DNA of 31,113 nucleotides, from IMG/VR virus record IMGVR_UViG_2870490042_000004, positions 1 through 31,113 of that record; one strand, given 5' to 3'. The notes below the pieces were generated by a model. It had not been told where the DNA came from. It was given only the letters and a program-made list of their open reading frames with translations, and did no database searches. The position numbers and the translations under genes were made by a program. This DNA comes from a virus (lineage: Duplodnaviria; Heunggongvirae; Uroviricota; Caudoviricetes). Below, in pieces: positions 8,793-17,965 of the stretch (its first letter is position 1; each line of letters begins with the position of its first letter).

Positions 8793-10060
8793 TCTTCGGT
8801 GCCCTCTCCGGATGGCGACCAGTTCTGAATACTGATGTGCGTTCTGCTGGCAATACGCACATTCATCGCGGCATTGTAGCCAGATGTTCCACGGTTTCCG
8901 GTCGCAAACAAGCCTGCATAGGGAAAAGCAAATGGTAAGGCATATCCAGCATCAGCTCCCTTTTGTGTTGCCACCGTTCCCCACTGCAACATAAGTTTCA
9001 CCGGGTTTCCTGTCGTCGCAATGCATGGAATGTAGATGTAGCCATTACCTGACATCATTGACCTGAAGCTGTCTAAATCCAGTAACTTCGAGGGATTATC
9101 TGCTCCAACATCTCGTGTTGCAGCGGTCCCTAACTGGAGCGCATTTCGGAAGGCTGATACATCAGAAATATCAGATCCATTAGCCGATTTCTGCATAGCT
9201 CCGGAGGCTTTATTTATCGTTTCTCCCAAACCAAGGTATGCGAGAAGACCGGCAACATCCTTTCCACTCAAATGAGTCAGCGTCTCATCCAGTGGCTGCT
9301 TACCTGACAGCGCATTGTTAATGGTGGTGCTGAATTTCGGGTCATTGTTAATGGCCGCGGCAATTTCTTTCAGTGTGTCCAGCGTGTCAGGCGCACCGTT
9401 AATCAGAGCGGTAATAGCGGCCTGTACAAACGCAGTGGTCGCAATCCGCGTGGTGTTATTTCCTGCGGCAGGCGTCGGCGCTTTTGGTTCTCCGGTAAAT
9501 GTCGGATTATGTTTCTGCGCATACTGGGTATGAGGATCCTGTGCGGCAATGTGGTTTCTCATCTGTTCATCCACATACAGCCTTAATTCCAGGACTTCAT
9601 CATCCACGTATTTACGGGTCGCCAGTACCACCGACGGGTCGATTTTCAGCGTAATAGCTTCGGTATTCGTGACAACCAGAATCATGCGGATAGTCTGGGT
9701 ACGACCGCTGCCTTCCTGCAACTGCGGTTTGTACGTTTCCGGGCAGTTCGCCACCGCAATGAGTACGCCTTCATCATCATAAAGCCCAATCTCACGGATC
9801 CAGAATCCGCCCTCGTTCTCAGGGATGATTTGCTCCGCAATAATCTGGCTCTGGTTGTTCGGGTCAACACTCAGAAGATTCAGCGGCGCGATGCGTTTCT
9901 GGTTAATCAGTTTTGTCTGTGCCGGGTCTGGTGTCGGCAAGACACCATTCGCATCACCAACGGCCATTTGCGTCAGATTCAGCTTACTGCCGAGCATCGT
10001 CGCGTTAGCCAGCCGTGCTGCGCCCTGATTAGTCAGAATGGCGTAGTATTTCACTGTCAT
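8765..10060 (-). CDS. H: Tail fibre protein (P2 gpH-like): constant N-terminus plus currently joined variable C-terminus
   Basis: 431 aa; position between I and the chaperone gene. The crossover site at 9221-9246 lies inside the gene at LAYLGLGE (aa 273-280), splitting a constant part (9247-10060) from a variable part (8765-9220). Confidence 0.85.
   Translation of the reverse strand: MTVKYYAILTNQGAARLANATMLGSKLNLTQMAVGDANGVLPTPDPAQTKLINQKRIAPLNLLSVDPNNQSQIIAEQIIPENEGGFWIREIGLYDDEGVLIAVANCPETYKPQLQEGSGRTQTIRMILVVTNTEAITLKIDPSVVLATRKYVDDEVLELRLYVDEQMRNHIAAQDPHTQYAQKHNPTFTGEPKAPTPAAGNNTTRIATTAFVQAAITALINGAPDTLDTLKEIAAAINNDPKFSTTINNALSGKQPLDETLTHLSGKDVAGLLAYLGLGETINKASGAMQKSANGSDISDVSAFRNALQLGTAATRDVGADNPSKLLDLDSFRSMMSGNGYIYIPCIATTGNPVKLMLQWGTVATQKGADAGYALPFAFPYAGLFATGNRGTSGYNAAMNVRIASRTHISIQNWSPSGEGTEDCCFIALGY
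9221..9246. repeat. Invertase crossover site (right boundary, inside H)
   Basis: TTCTCCCAAACC-AA-GGTATGCGAGAA; left half-site plus central dinucleotide are the exact inverted repeat of 7325-7338. Confidence 0.7.
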
Positions 10061-10668
10061 GCGTTTACTCTCAGGTTATCAATTAAATGAATGGCCGAGG
10101 CCGGGAAATAATCCCCTCCGACAATAATGGCCTCCGGGGTGTAGGGATAAACCGTCAGGGCGTCGCCGTGATAGCATCCCGCACCGGCAAAAATGTTGCC
10201 GGTTGTACTTAAACTGATAGCCAGTCCCGTCAGATGGCGGCTTGCAGGTTTTGCATCAGCAACGAGACGCTCCAGCTCCTGATACATTTCCTCGGTAATA
10301 CCCTGCTCAAGCACGCCAACAACGATGCGGAACGTCCCCGGCTCCTCGTTGAGCTGCCACCACTCCCTCACCTCAATCAGATAGCCGAGCGGCTCCACCA
10401 CACGGCGAATCGCACCAATAGTGCCCTTATGGCAGTGAATGAAATACGCATCGTGGATAACAGCGCGTTTTGTCGCTTCCGGCCACTTATCATCCCAGCG
10501 GTCAACCGAAAATGACCATGCCAGCCACGGCAGCAGATTTGCCGGACAGGTATCCGGGTTCCACAGCTCACGAATACTGACCGGCGTTCTTTCAATTTCC
10601 GCACAGGCTTTTGCGGCGGCGACCTCAAGCGGTGATGAGCCGGTCGGCAGCAGTCGCGAATCACTCAT
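10057..10668 (-). CDS. I: Baseplate protein (P2 gpI-like)
   Basis: 203-aa ORF between J and H with overlapping stop/start; P2 synteny; start codon choice uncertain. Confidence 0.8.
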   Translation of the reverse strand: MSDSRLLPTGSSPLEVAAAKACAEIERTPVSIRELWNPDTCPANLLPWLAWSFSVDRWDDKWPEATKRAVIHDAYFIHCHKGTIGAIRRVVEPLGYLIEVREWWQLNEEPGTFRIVVGVLEQGITEEMYQELERLVADAKPASRHLTGLAISLSTTGNIFAGAGCYHGDALTVYPYTPEAIIVGGDYFPASAIHLIDNLRVNA

Positions 10669-11569
10669 CCGAGCCTCCGGTCACGACGCTGTATTCGGTG
10701 CAGAAAGACGCCTGCGTACTGTTGAGCACAATGTCGGCCAGTGGTGCGGCCAGCTCGACACGCTGCACGCCTTCCACATGCAAAGCGGCATAAATGGCAG
10801 ACAGACGGATGTCTCGCCCCAGCCGGTGCTGTGCCGTGATGTACGCTTCCAGTTTTTTCACGGCGGCAGCGCGAATGGGTTCGCTTTCGGGACCTGGGTA
10901 AAGGTAAAGCGTGGCGTTTATCTGGTATTCAACGATGGCGGCAGACTGCACGGTCACGCGGTCGGCCACCGGCCTGACGTCCTCGCCATTAAGGGCGTTA
11001 CGCACCACAGCCAGCAGGTCTTCGGATGCGACGCCGTTATTTTCACGTGACAGCACAGAGATGGTGACGCAGGCCGGAGACGGACTGGTGACAGAAATAT
11101 CCGCGACACGCCCGTCAGCACTGCGACCATGATACTGATAGGCACCCACCGACCCGGCGACGCTTAAACCTTCAAACGCCTGCTGAATACGCAGACGATA
11201 ATCGGTGTCAGATTCCATCACTGCCGGTGTCGGCGGGAGGGTCGAATCATCTGCCGGGGTGATAGTCAGGCGCGTGGTGTTGTAATTGGCACCAATCACA
11301 TCAAGGTCATTACCGGCGGCACAGGCCAGCATCACCGCCCGTGCGGCCTCATTCACACGCTGACGCCAGATAAGCTCACGATAAGCATTTTCCTCCAGAA
11401 GTTTGACGAGAGGCTCGGATTCCAGCGTCAGGGTACGGGCGACCGCCTCCTGCTGGTCTTCCGGGTAAAGGGAAATCAGTGTCGCCTTGCGTTCGGCAAG
11501 AATGGTTTCAAAGTCCAGCTCCTCGACCACATCCGGTGCGGGTAGCTGGTTCAGGTCGATAATCGGCAT
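10661..11569 (-). CDS. J: Baseplate protein (P2 gpJ-like)
   Basis: 302 aa (P2 gpJ length); lies between W and I. Confidence 0.85.
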   Translation of the reverse strand: MPIIDLNQLPAPDVVEELDFETILAERKATLISLYPEDQQEAVARTLTLESEPLVKLLEENAYRELIWRQRVNEAARAVMLACAAGNDLDVIGANYNTTRLTITPADDSTLPPTPAVMESDTDYRLRIQQAFEGLSVAGSVGAYQYHGRSADGRVADISVTSPSPACVTISVLSRENNGVASEDLLAVVRNALNGEDVRPVADRVTVQSAAIVEYQINATLYLYPGPESEPIRAAAVKKLEAYITAQHRLGRDIRLSAIYAALHVEGVQRVELAAPLADIVLNSTQASFCTEYSVVTGGSDE

Positions 11570-11573
11570 GGTT

Positions 11574-11921
11574 TCAACTCACAGGGATGGTTAACGAAAG
11601 TGGCTGGCCGGTGTCGTTGTGCTGGCCGGTTAACGTGACCGTCATTCGCCCGTCAAAACTGCGCGCCGTAGTGACGGATGACAGGGTGACGCGGGGTTCC
11701 CATTTCAGCACCGCCATGTAACAGGCGACCTTAATCTGCAACTCAAGCGCCGGGGTCTGCGGCTGGTCAATCATTGATGCCAGCAACGAGCCGTAATCAC
11801 GACGCATCACCCGTGAGCCGACCGGTGTGCGCAGGATATCGCCGATACTCTGGCTGATATGCTCAAGGTCAGTGACAGTCAGGCCATCACTGCGATTCAT
11901 TCCGAGATAACGCGCTGTCAT
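11574..11921 (-). CDS. W: Baseplate wedge protein (P2 gpW-like, T4 gp25-like)
   Basis: 115 aa (P2 gpW length); lies between V and J. Confidence 0.85.
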   Translation of the reverse strand: MTARYLGMNRSDGLTVTDLEHISQSIGDILRTPVGSRVMRRDYGSLLASMIDQPQTPALELQIKVACYMAVLKWEPRVTLSSVTTARSFDGRMTVTLTGQHNDTGQPLSLTIPVS

Positions 11922-12553
11922 AAAGGACTCCCGGTTGTGCCGCCGCTGTCGCCGGGGTGTTTATGGGTATGCAGTACCTTACCGTTTGATGAGAGTTCAC
12001 CGCCGGTGTGTTCAATGTTGCCGCGCATCGTCCCGCCCTTCTGTACTTCCAGCGTGCCGGTAATCAGCCTGTTGGTGCAGACCACCTCCGGTGTGTCCAG
12101 GGTGATGCGGGTTGACGCTTTCACCATGACCACCGGCACCGTGGCAGTAACAGAATCAGAAGCCGTCACGCTGGCCGTTTTAATTCCGCTTACCGTCAGT
12201 GCACTGGTTTCAGGTTCATACTCAATCACCGCCCCGTCAGGGAAACGGATATGCAGGGCATCCGCCGACGCAGACGGCGCGGGGTTATCGCCGGAATAAA
12301 TCCCCGGCAGAACAAACGCCGTGTCAAGTTCACCGCCCACGGCCAGAATCAGCACCTGCTCCCCCATGGAAGGTGCCCACCATGTGCGCGAACGCCCGGC
12401 ACGACAGGTCAGCCACTGAAGCCAGTCGGTGCACATGCCGCCGGTCTGCACACGGCAGCGACCGGCGTTAAGGTCGGTTTCGACGACAAGGCCGGTGCGA
12501 ATCATGTTGCGCAGTGCGCGCGCGAGTTCCTGGATATTTGCGAGAGTGTTCAT
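11918..12553 (-). CDS. V: Baseplate spike / assembly protein (P2 gpV-like)
   Basis: 211 aa (P2 gpV length); first gene of the V-W-J-I-H block. Confidence 0.85.
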   Translation of the reverse strand: MNTLANIQELARALRNMIRTGLVVETDLNAGRCRVQTGGMCTDWLQWLTCRAGRSRTWWAPSMGEQVLILAVGGELDTAFVLPGIYSGDNPAPSASADALHIRFPDGAVIEYEPETSALTVSGIKTASVTASDSVTATVPVVMVKASTRITLDTPEVVCTNRLITGTLEVQKGGTMRGNIEHTGGELSSNGKVLHTHKHPGDSGGTTGSPL

Positions 12554-12619
12554 AACGGGAAGGATGCCGCCGGGTCATACCGGCGGCAATGTGACGATGA
12601 GGTGTCGGGAATGGCACAA

Positions 12620-13072
12620 CTAACGGTCGAGGTGAGCCAGGATAATCTCTTCAATCATCTGCACATCCTCACCGGTGAAACCGAGCAGAGGGCGCGCCGG
12701 ATAATTAATTTTCTTACCGTCTTTCCGGTTTTCTTCCGACAGACCGAACTGATGCACGCTGGCGATTTTCGGTGACTTCCCGCCGTAAAACTCCATTGAT
12801 GCCTGTTCAGGGCTGGCGCGGATATGCAAAAAACGACTGGTAATAAGTTTCGCAAACATTTTTCGCTTAACACGACCAGTCTTTTTTCTGGCGCTCTGCT
12901 GCTGGCGTGGCGCGTAGGGTGTGCCGTCCGGGGCTTTCTGTGCCATCACCCGACGCTGCTGACTCTGACGCAGACGTTTCGCCAGTTCGGCGCTCAGTCG
13001 CCGACGCCCTGACGGTGACAGCGACTCAATCAGTCCGGTCAGCCGGTCTTCAAAACGCTTAAACTCATTCAT
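12620..13072 (-). CDS. S: Tail completion protein (P2 gpS-like)
   Basis: 150 aa (P2 gpS length); overlaps the R stop. Confidence 0.85.
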   Translation of the reverse strand: MNEFKRFEDRLTGLIESLSPSGRRRLSAELAKRLRQSQQRRVMAQKAPDGTPYAPRQQQSARKKTGRVKRKMFAKLITSRFLHIRASPEQASMEFYGGKSPKIASVHQFGLSEENRKDGKKINYPARPLLGFTGEDVQMIEEIILAHLDR

Positions 13073-13532
13073 CCCACTTACTCACCAGTTCACCATTGAT
13101 ATAAAGCTCCATCGGGCGGGTGACCGGCTCCGGCGGCGGGGGTTCCGGGATATTCTTCACATGCAGTGCGCCGTCCACCTCACTGACCAGCGTGCGCTCG
13201 GTCAGCATCAGGCTGATGCTGATATCAAAGCTGCTGTCATTGTTGATGTCTGCATAAAACGTGAAGCCCTTTTTCTGGCCTACGTCGGTGGTCATGATGT
13301 CGGGCTGATTTTCCCGCAGCCACGCCAGCACCGGCACGATGAGCAGGTCAAAATCACCGGTAAAGTCGGTCACAATCACATTGAGCGTGTAACGCTTTTC
13401 GAATGACAACGACGTCGCCAGCGTGGAGGCAATACTCCCGTTATCAACGAATATCCGCAGCATCTCGGGACTGGTTTTCAGCACCGTGACGGCATCAGTC
13501 AGCGCCCTGCGCAGGCTGTCGGGTTTGAGCAT
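13065..13532 (-). CDS. R: Tail completion protein (P2 gpR-like)
   Basis: 155 aa (P2 gpR length); follows the lysis cassette. Confidence 0.85.
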   Translation of the reverse strand: MLKPDSLRRALTDAVTVLKTSPEMLRIFVDNGSIASTLATSLSFEKRYTLNVIVTDFTGDFDLLIVPVLAWLRENQPDIMTTDVGQKKGFTFYADINNDSSFDISISLMLTERTLVSEVDGALHVKNIPEPPPPEPVTRPMELYINGELVSKWDE

Positions 13533-13785
13533 CGTTTTCGTCCTGACAGTGTTTAATCATTTTTACCTGGCTGGCACAGCGTGCCAGCGCGTTCTCAAGC
13601 TGTCGGATATCGGCACTTAAATCGCCGTTCGTCTCCGGGTCACTGCCCGGCATCGGGCAAAGGCTCACTTTCGGGCAGGCGTTGGCGACAATCACTGGCG
13701 TCGGTGCAGGCCGGGCGCTGGTGCAACCGGCGCACAGCATCAGGCAGGCCAGCGCCGTACCAGCGGCGAAAATCTTCGTTTTCAT
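13495..13785 (-). CDS. lysC: Outer-membrane spanin lipoprotein (LysC / Rz1-like)
   Basis: 96 aa; signal peptide plus lipobox (MKTKIFAAGTALACLMLCAGC); Pro-rich mature part; begins out of frame inside lysB and runs into R, as P2 lysC does. Confidence 0.7.
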   Translation of the reverse strand: MKTKIFAAGTALACLMLCAGCTSARPAPTPVIVANACPKVSLCPMPGSDPETNGDLSADIRQLENALARCASQVKMIKHCQDENDAQTRQPAQGAD

Positions 13786-14065
13786 TCAGTAACCTCGTGA
13801 TGGTTTTCTCGCGCTGTGCTTCACGCTTCGCCGCGTTCTCCAGTTCCTGACGCAGTGCCACCTGCGCCAGCTCGTTTTTGTCTGCCCTGGTGATGGCAAC
13901 ATGAAGCTGATTTTTCAGCATGGTGATGGTCATCTGCTGTTCACTGGCGACGTTATTCGCCCTGTCCAGCGAGGCGCGCAGGCTGGCGTTTTCATGCTTC
14001 ACCAGAAACAGCCCCGCCACCGCCAGCGATAACAGCACAACCATCACAATCATCAGCTTTGACAT
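13640..14065 (-). CDS. lysB: Inner-membrane spanin (LysB / Rz-like)
   Basis: 141 aa (P2 LysB length); N-terminal TM helix (LMIVMVVLLSLAVAGLFLV) followed by a coiled-coil periplasmic domain. Confidence 0.8.
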   Translation of the reverse strand: MSKLMIVMVVLLSLAVAGLFLVKHENASLRASLDRANNVASEQQMTITMLKNQLHVAITRADKNELAQVALRQELENAAKREAQREKTITRLLNENEDFRRWYGAGLPDAVRRLHQRPACTDASDCRQRLPESEPLPDAGQ

Positions 14066-14478
14066 GGTTCCCGCCCCTCAAAACGCTGACGACAGGCCGT
14101 GCGTATCAGCCGGAAGAACACCGACGCCACAAGATAAATCAGCGCGGTAAAAATCCACCCGGCAGCGACCAGCGAGATAAACGTCGCCACCATCACTACC
14201 AGAGCCGCCGCCCGTCTGCGCCACGGCACCGGCTGCAAAAACAGCGACGTGACAATCTTCACGGCCAGCGATTCCGGTGGCAGCTCCCGCCCGTAGCGTT
14301 CCAGCACATACTCAGTGGCATACACGCCGACACCACCGGCAACCACACAGATAACCGTCGCCAGAATCGCCCAGGCGGCGACAAAACTGACGGCCACGCT
14401 CTGCGGGTAAATCAGGGACAGTGCCAGCATCAGCGCCAGCGACACGTTCAGCATCAGAGAAAGGGATAATTTCTTCAT
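14053..14478 (-). CDS. lysA: Lysis timing membrane protein (LysA-like)
   Basis: 141 aa (P2 LysA length); multiple predicted TM helices; lies between K and lysB. Confidence 0.8.
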   Translation of the reverse strand: MKKLSLSLMLNVSLALMLALSLIYPQSVAVSFVAAWAILATVICVVAGGVGVYATEYVLERYGRELPPESLAVKIVTSLFLQPVPWRRRAAALVVMVATFISLVAAGWIFTALIYLVASVFFRLIRTACRQRFEGREPCQS

Positions 14479-14492
14479 GGTGTTTACTCCGT

Positions 14493-14990
14493 TTAAGCCG
14501 GTACGCCGCCAGCGGTACGCCAGACGGTGACCAGTTTTTCCAGTGAATGCTCACGCTGACCGTAACCGGCACCCGGCAGGGACGCCCAGATATTGCGACA
14601 GCGTGAAATGGCGCGCTCAATGCGTCCCGCCCGGATGTCATCCAGTGCACCGCGTTCGCGGATCAACTGAATGGCGAGTCTGTCCTGTGACAACGGACTG
14701 AAATCCGGCAGGGCAAGCTGTTTGCGGTAGTGCGGCCAGAACAGGTAAAGCTGCTGATAGCGACCGGAGGCCGTGGATTTTTCACCGCGACGGTTAAACA
14801 CCTTCGCCGGTCGGCCATGCGCGAACGGGTGGTCACTGTAGTCAGTGAAAATTTCCGGCTTCCCGTCCAGTCCGGTGACTATCACGTCATAGCCCCGGTT
14901 TTTCGTCAGCGGATGATTCGCCGTCCCTTCGGACACGGCCAGCATGTCGAGAAAGGCCGCGATATTCTGATGCGTGTTAATTACCGGCAT
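14493..14990 (-). CDS. K: Endolysin (P2 gpK-like phage lysozyme)
   Basis: 165 aa (P2 gpK length); immediately downstream of the holin with a 1-nt overlap. Confidence 0.85.
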   Translation of the reverse strand: MPVINTHQNIAAFLDMLAVSEGTANHPLTKNRGYDVIVTGLDGKPEIFTDYSDHPFAHGRPAKVFNRRGEKSTASGRYQQLYLFWPHYRKQLALPDFSPLSQDRLAIQLIRERGALDDIRAGRIERAISRCRNIWASLPGAGYGQREHSLEKLVTVWRTAGGVPA

Positions 14991-15271
14991 TACGGTTTCC
15001 CCCTGCCCTTAAAACGGCGCTGAATGGCAATCTCAATCACCTGATAACCGGCGATACCCAGCATGGAGCCGATACCGCACACCGCAGGCAGTGACAGGTC
15101 AGGAAACTGCACCAGAACAACACCGGCAACCATCGAGACAAAACCACCGAGCAACATGCGCCCGATAAACAGACGCGGGGTGATGGGTTCACCACCGGCA
15201 AGCACCTTGCCGACAACAATCAGCACCCCAATCATGAAAAGCGACAGGACGCTTTTTTCTTCTGCTGTCAT
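14990..15271 (-). CDS. Y: Holin (P2 gpY-like)
   Basis: 93 aa (P2 gpY length); hydrophobic helices plus charged C-terminus (RRFKGRGKP). Confidence 0.85.
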   Translation of the reverse strand: MTAEEKSVLSLFMIGVLIVVGKVLAGGEPITPRLFIGRMLLGGFVSMVAGVVLVQFPDLSLPAVCGIGSMLGIAGYQVIEIAIQRRFKGRGKP

Positions 15272-15274
15272 GCG

Positions 15275-15478
15275 TTACTCCCACAGATTGACAGTTTCAG
15301 CCACGGGCGCGGTCTGAACGTCGGGCAGTTCGACGGCGGTGCCGTGTGGCAGCACCGCACCCAGTTCAGCCAGTCCCGAATTTGCGGCGAGCACGGTCTC
15401 AACCACGCCTTCAGTGCGCCCGTAATACCGGACACAAATGGCGTCGAGCGTGTCGCCCTGTAGCGCAAAGGTCTTCAT
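15275..15478 (-). CDS. X: Tail protein X (LysM-like, P2 gpX)
   Basis: 67-aa product from the internal ATG at 15478 (MKTFALQGDTLDAICVRYYG...), which overlaps the L stop as ATGA; the 90-aa ORF-track start is unsupported. Confidence 0.75.
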   Translation of the reverse strand: MKTFALQGDTLDAICVRYYGRTEGVVETVLAANSGLAELGAVLPHGTAVELPDVQTAPVAETVNLWE

Positions 15479-15987
15479 CAGATTTGACTCACGATGCAGC
15501 GCGGCTTGTCCTGGATACGCGCCACCGCCCAGCGCATATCCCGCCACAGTTCATCAATGGTGCTGTCAATGCTGTCAGCCTTCTTGTCACCTTTCGCACT
15601 GGCATCCACACCGCGATAACGTTCATAAAGCGACGCGGTCGCCATCGCACACACGGCGCGCTCGTAGTAAAAAACTTTGATGCTTTCACCGTCGATGTCG
15701 TCCGCCGGGACGTCCGCCAGACGCGTAAAACCGGCGGCAATTTTCTGTTCGCGGTACTCGTACAGCTCCGCATTCGTCTCCGCCATGCCTGACTTGATGG
15801 CCTCACGCAGACGGGCGGGGGCGACGGTCTGCTCAAGGCGCATACGTTCCCGGACGCGCTTCGGGTCGATATCGGGAAAAAAGAACGTGTTTTTAATCAC
15901 CGGCTCGTCGCCTGCCGGTTGCGGGATGACCACCGTACCCTCACCGGACACGGGAGCCTCCTTTCGCGGAATAATCAGCGTCATCAT
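15478..15987 (-). CDS. L: Head completion protein (P2 gpL-like)
   Basis: 169-aa product from the ATG at 15987 (MMTLIIPRK...), preceded by an SD (AGAGGTAG); the 189-aa ORF-track start is probably too long. Confidence 0.8.
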   Translation of the reverse strand: MMTLIIPRKEAPVSGEGTVVIPQPAGDEPVIKNTFFFPDIDPKRVRERMRLEQTVAPARLREAIKSGMAETNAELYEYREQKIAAGFTRLADVPADDIDGESIKVFYYERAVCAMATASLYERYRGVDASAKGDKKADSIDSTIDELWRDMRWAVARIQDKPRCIVSQI

Positions 15988-16086
15988 GACTACCTCTGAA
16001 AAGTCGGGCGGTGGACGCCGGTGCAGTGTCAGGTGATTCACCCTCACTGACCGGCGTGCCGCCCTGGCGCGGGGCGCATTCGGTTG

Positions 16087-16830
16087 TTAACTGGCTTTCT
16101 TTTTCGGGCGTCCACGTTTTGCCGGGGTCACGCTCCGGGTCTTACGCGGGGTGCGGGTGACCGCTTTGGGCTGCGGCTCCGGCTTCGGTTTCAGCTCCCG
16201 CTCCAGTCGTTCAATCTCTTTTTTAACGCCTGCCTGACAGTCGAGCTGTGTCGCACGTTGCAGGTGCGCCAGCGCACCGGCGGCATCACCAGCGTCACGC
16301 AGAAACAGACCGGTGATTTTGTGCAGATTTGCGCGCACTTCATCAGGCATGTCAGCCGTGGCGGTCAGTTCAAGGGTGTCCGTCAGCAGGCGGGTATCCA
16401 CGGATTCACCGGCAGCGTGGGCGCGCATGGCCGCGAGCGCGACCTCCTCGGTGAACATGTACGGCGGGGTGCGGCGGTGTTTACCCGGCATGGTCAGACC
16501 GTACTTCAGGGCATAACGGGCAATCTCCAGCGCACCGGCAATATCGCCGGTATCCAGACGCCACAGCATGACCGTCATCAGAATGTCATCCTGTGCACCT
16601 TTGCCCTGCTCCAGCACGCCGTTCACCCACGGCAACCAGAACGGCAGCAGTTCGCGTTTTTTCGCGGCCTTCAGCTCTTTTGAATAAATCGCTTTCAGTG
16701 TGCGCTGGTCTGCGGCGAGCTTAACCAGCATCTGCTCATAGACAGTTGCATGTCGCAGCGGGGCGGCTTCCCGCTGCGCGGTCATCGCTGCCGAGACCCG
16801 CATCATGTGGCGCTGTGCGGGACTCGTCAT
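16087..16830 (-). CDS. M: Terminase small (endonuclease) subunit (P2 gpM-like)
   Basis: 247 aa (P2 gpM length); basic C-terminal tail (KRGRPKKKAS); position N-M-L. Confidence 0.85.
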   Translation of the reverse strand: MTSPAQRHMMRVSAAMTAQREAAPLRHATVYEQMLVKLAADQRTLKAIYSKELKAAKKRELLPFWLPWVNGVLEQGKGAQDDILMTVMLWRLDTGDIAGALEIARYALKYGLTMPGKHRRTPPYMFTEEVALAAMRAHAAGESVDTRLLTDTLELTATADMPDEVRANLHKITGLFLRDAGDAAGALAHLQRATQLDCQAGVKKEIERLERELKPKPEPQPKAVTRTPRKTRSVTPAKRGRPKKKAS

Positions 16831-16833
16831 CGG

Positions 16834-17907
16834 TTACGCTCCCGGCTCTGCGGTCGCTTTAGCCGGTGTGGAGAAGTCACCGACCTTGATTTTTTCCACC
16901 AGACAACCGGCGGCGTAGTCTTCCACCACGTAATCAATGTTCATTGACTCGTAGTTCTCCACGCGGTCGAGTTTCGGGTTTTCCTCAATCACGCGGCGAT
17001 GGCTGTCATCCATGTAGTAGATGGACAGGTTTTCCAGCTTCGTGATGAGCATCGCATCCGCCGGGAAGTACGGGACGCGTACCGCTGGCAGGTTGCCGAT
17101 GCGTTTCTGGCTGATGATGACGTCAGCGGCCAGCATTTCGCTGTTGTCCTGCTCCTTGTTGACGATGGGAAAATACTTGTCCGCCAGTAGCTGACGTCCC
17201 ACAATCACCACAAGGTCAGGGTCTTCCTGATACCACGGCTCAATCAGGTTGTTGGTCGCATCCATCACCAGTGCATCAAGGCTGGCATAATCACCGCCCT
17301 TACCCACGCGGATGACCTCAGAGGTGGTGTGCCCTTCCTCGTCAGTGACCTTGCTCATCACGCGCGCCGGGGCTTCATTGCGGTATTTCTGCAGCCAGCC
17401 GACCGCCACATCCTGTAGCATCGGATTACTGCTGCGGTCAGAGGTTTCGGCACGCCTCACGCCGTTAAAACCGGCCATGATTAAATCAAGGGACTGGCGT
17501 TTGATAATGGCGTTACGGACACGGAGCTGGAAATCCTGATAACGCGCCCACAGGTCCAGCGTTTTGTAGCGGATATAAAAATCGAAGTTAATCTGGTCGC
17601 ATTCGTACTTGTTTGACGCCAGCTTCGAGAAGTCCTTCGGCTGACGCTCGGTGCCACCGGCGGTGTCGGTGGTGCTGGCGATGGAGCCGGTGACACCAAT
17701 ACCAATTTTTTCCCCTTTCATTTCGCTGACCGGCACAATGTTGATGCGGGTCAGAAAGTCAGAGGACTCCTGCATGGTGTTCATCAGGGTCTGGGTGACC
17801 GACGGTTCAACGGTGAATTTTTTCGACACATCACCGGCGTCGATGCCGTTCAGTTCGGCAACACGGGACAGGTAGGCATTAAATTTAAAGCGGGTTTCCT
17901 GGCGCAT
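16834..17907 (-). CDS. N: Major capsid protein (P2 gpN-like)
   Basis: 357 aa (P2 gpN length); position O-N-M. Confidence 0.9.
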   Translation of the reverse strand: MRQETRFKFNAYLSRVAELNGIDAGDVSKKFTVEPSVTQTLMNTMQESSDFLTRINIVPVSEMKGEKIGIGVTGSIASTTDTAGGTERQPKDFSKLASNKYECDQINFDFYIRYKTLDLWARYQDFQLRVRNAIIKRQSLDLIMAGFNGVRRAETSDRSSNPMLQDVAVGWLQKYRNEAPARVMSKVTDEEGHTTSEVIRVGKGGDYASLDALVMDATNNLIEPWYQEDPDLVVIVGRQLLADKYFPIVNKEQDNSEMLAADVIISQKRIGNLPAVRVPYFPADAMLITKLENLSIYYMDDSHRRVIEENPKLDRVENYESMNIDYVVEDYAAGCLVEKIKVGDFSTPAKATAEPGA

Positions 17908-17965
17908 AGTTTTTCCTGAAATTAAGGGTTAATCGTGAAGGTTTTCCCGGACTGGCTGACGCCGG

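Larger units (their letters stand above)
7313..9246. other. Invertible tail-fibre host-range segment (Mu G-segment / P1 C-segment analogue)
   Basis: Bounded by inverted 26-bp sites sharing a 14-bp identical core (TTGGTTTGGGAGAA at 7325-7338, inverted at 9221-9234). Contains two convergent fibre C-terminus plus chaperone cassettes, with the invertase gene immediately outside. Confidence 0.7.

Noticed and set aside
16084-16683. 199-aa plus-strand ORF opposite terminase small subunit gene M
   Set aside because: Almost exactly mirrors the M coding region on the other strand; Arg/Gly-rich; no independent support.
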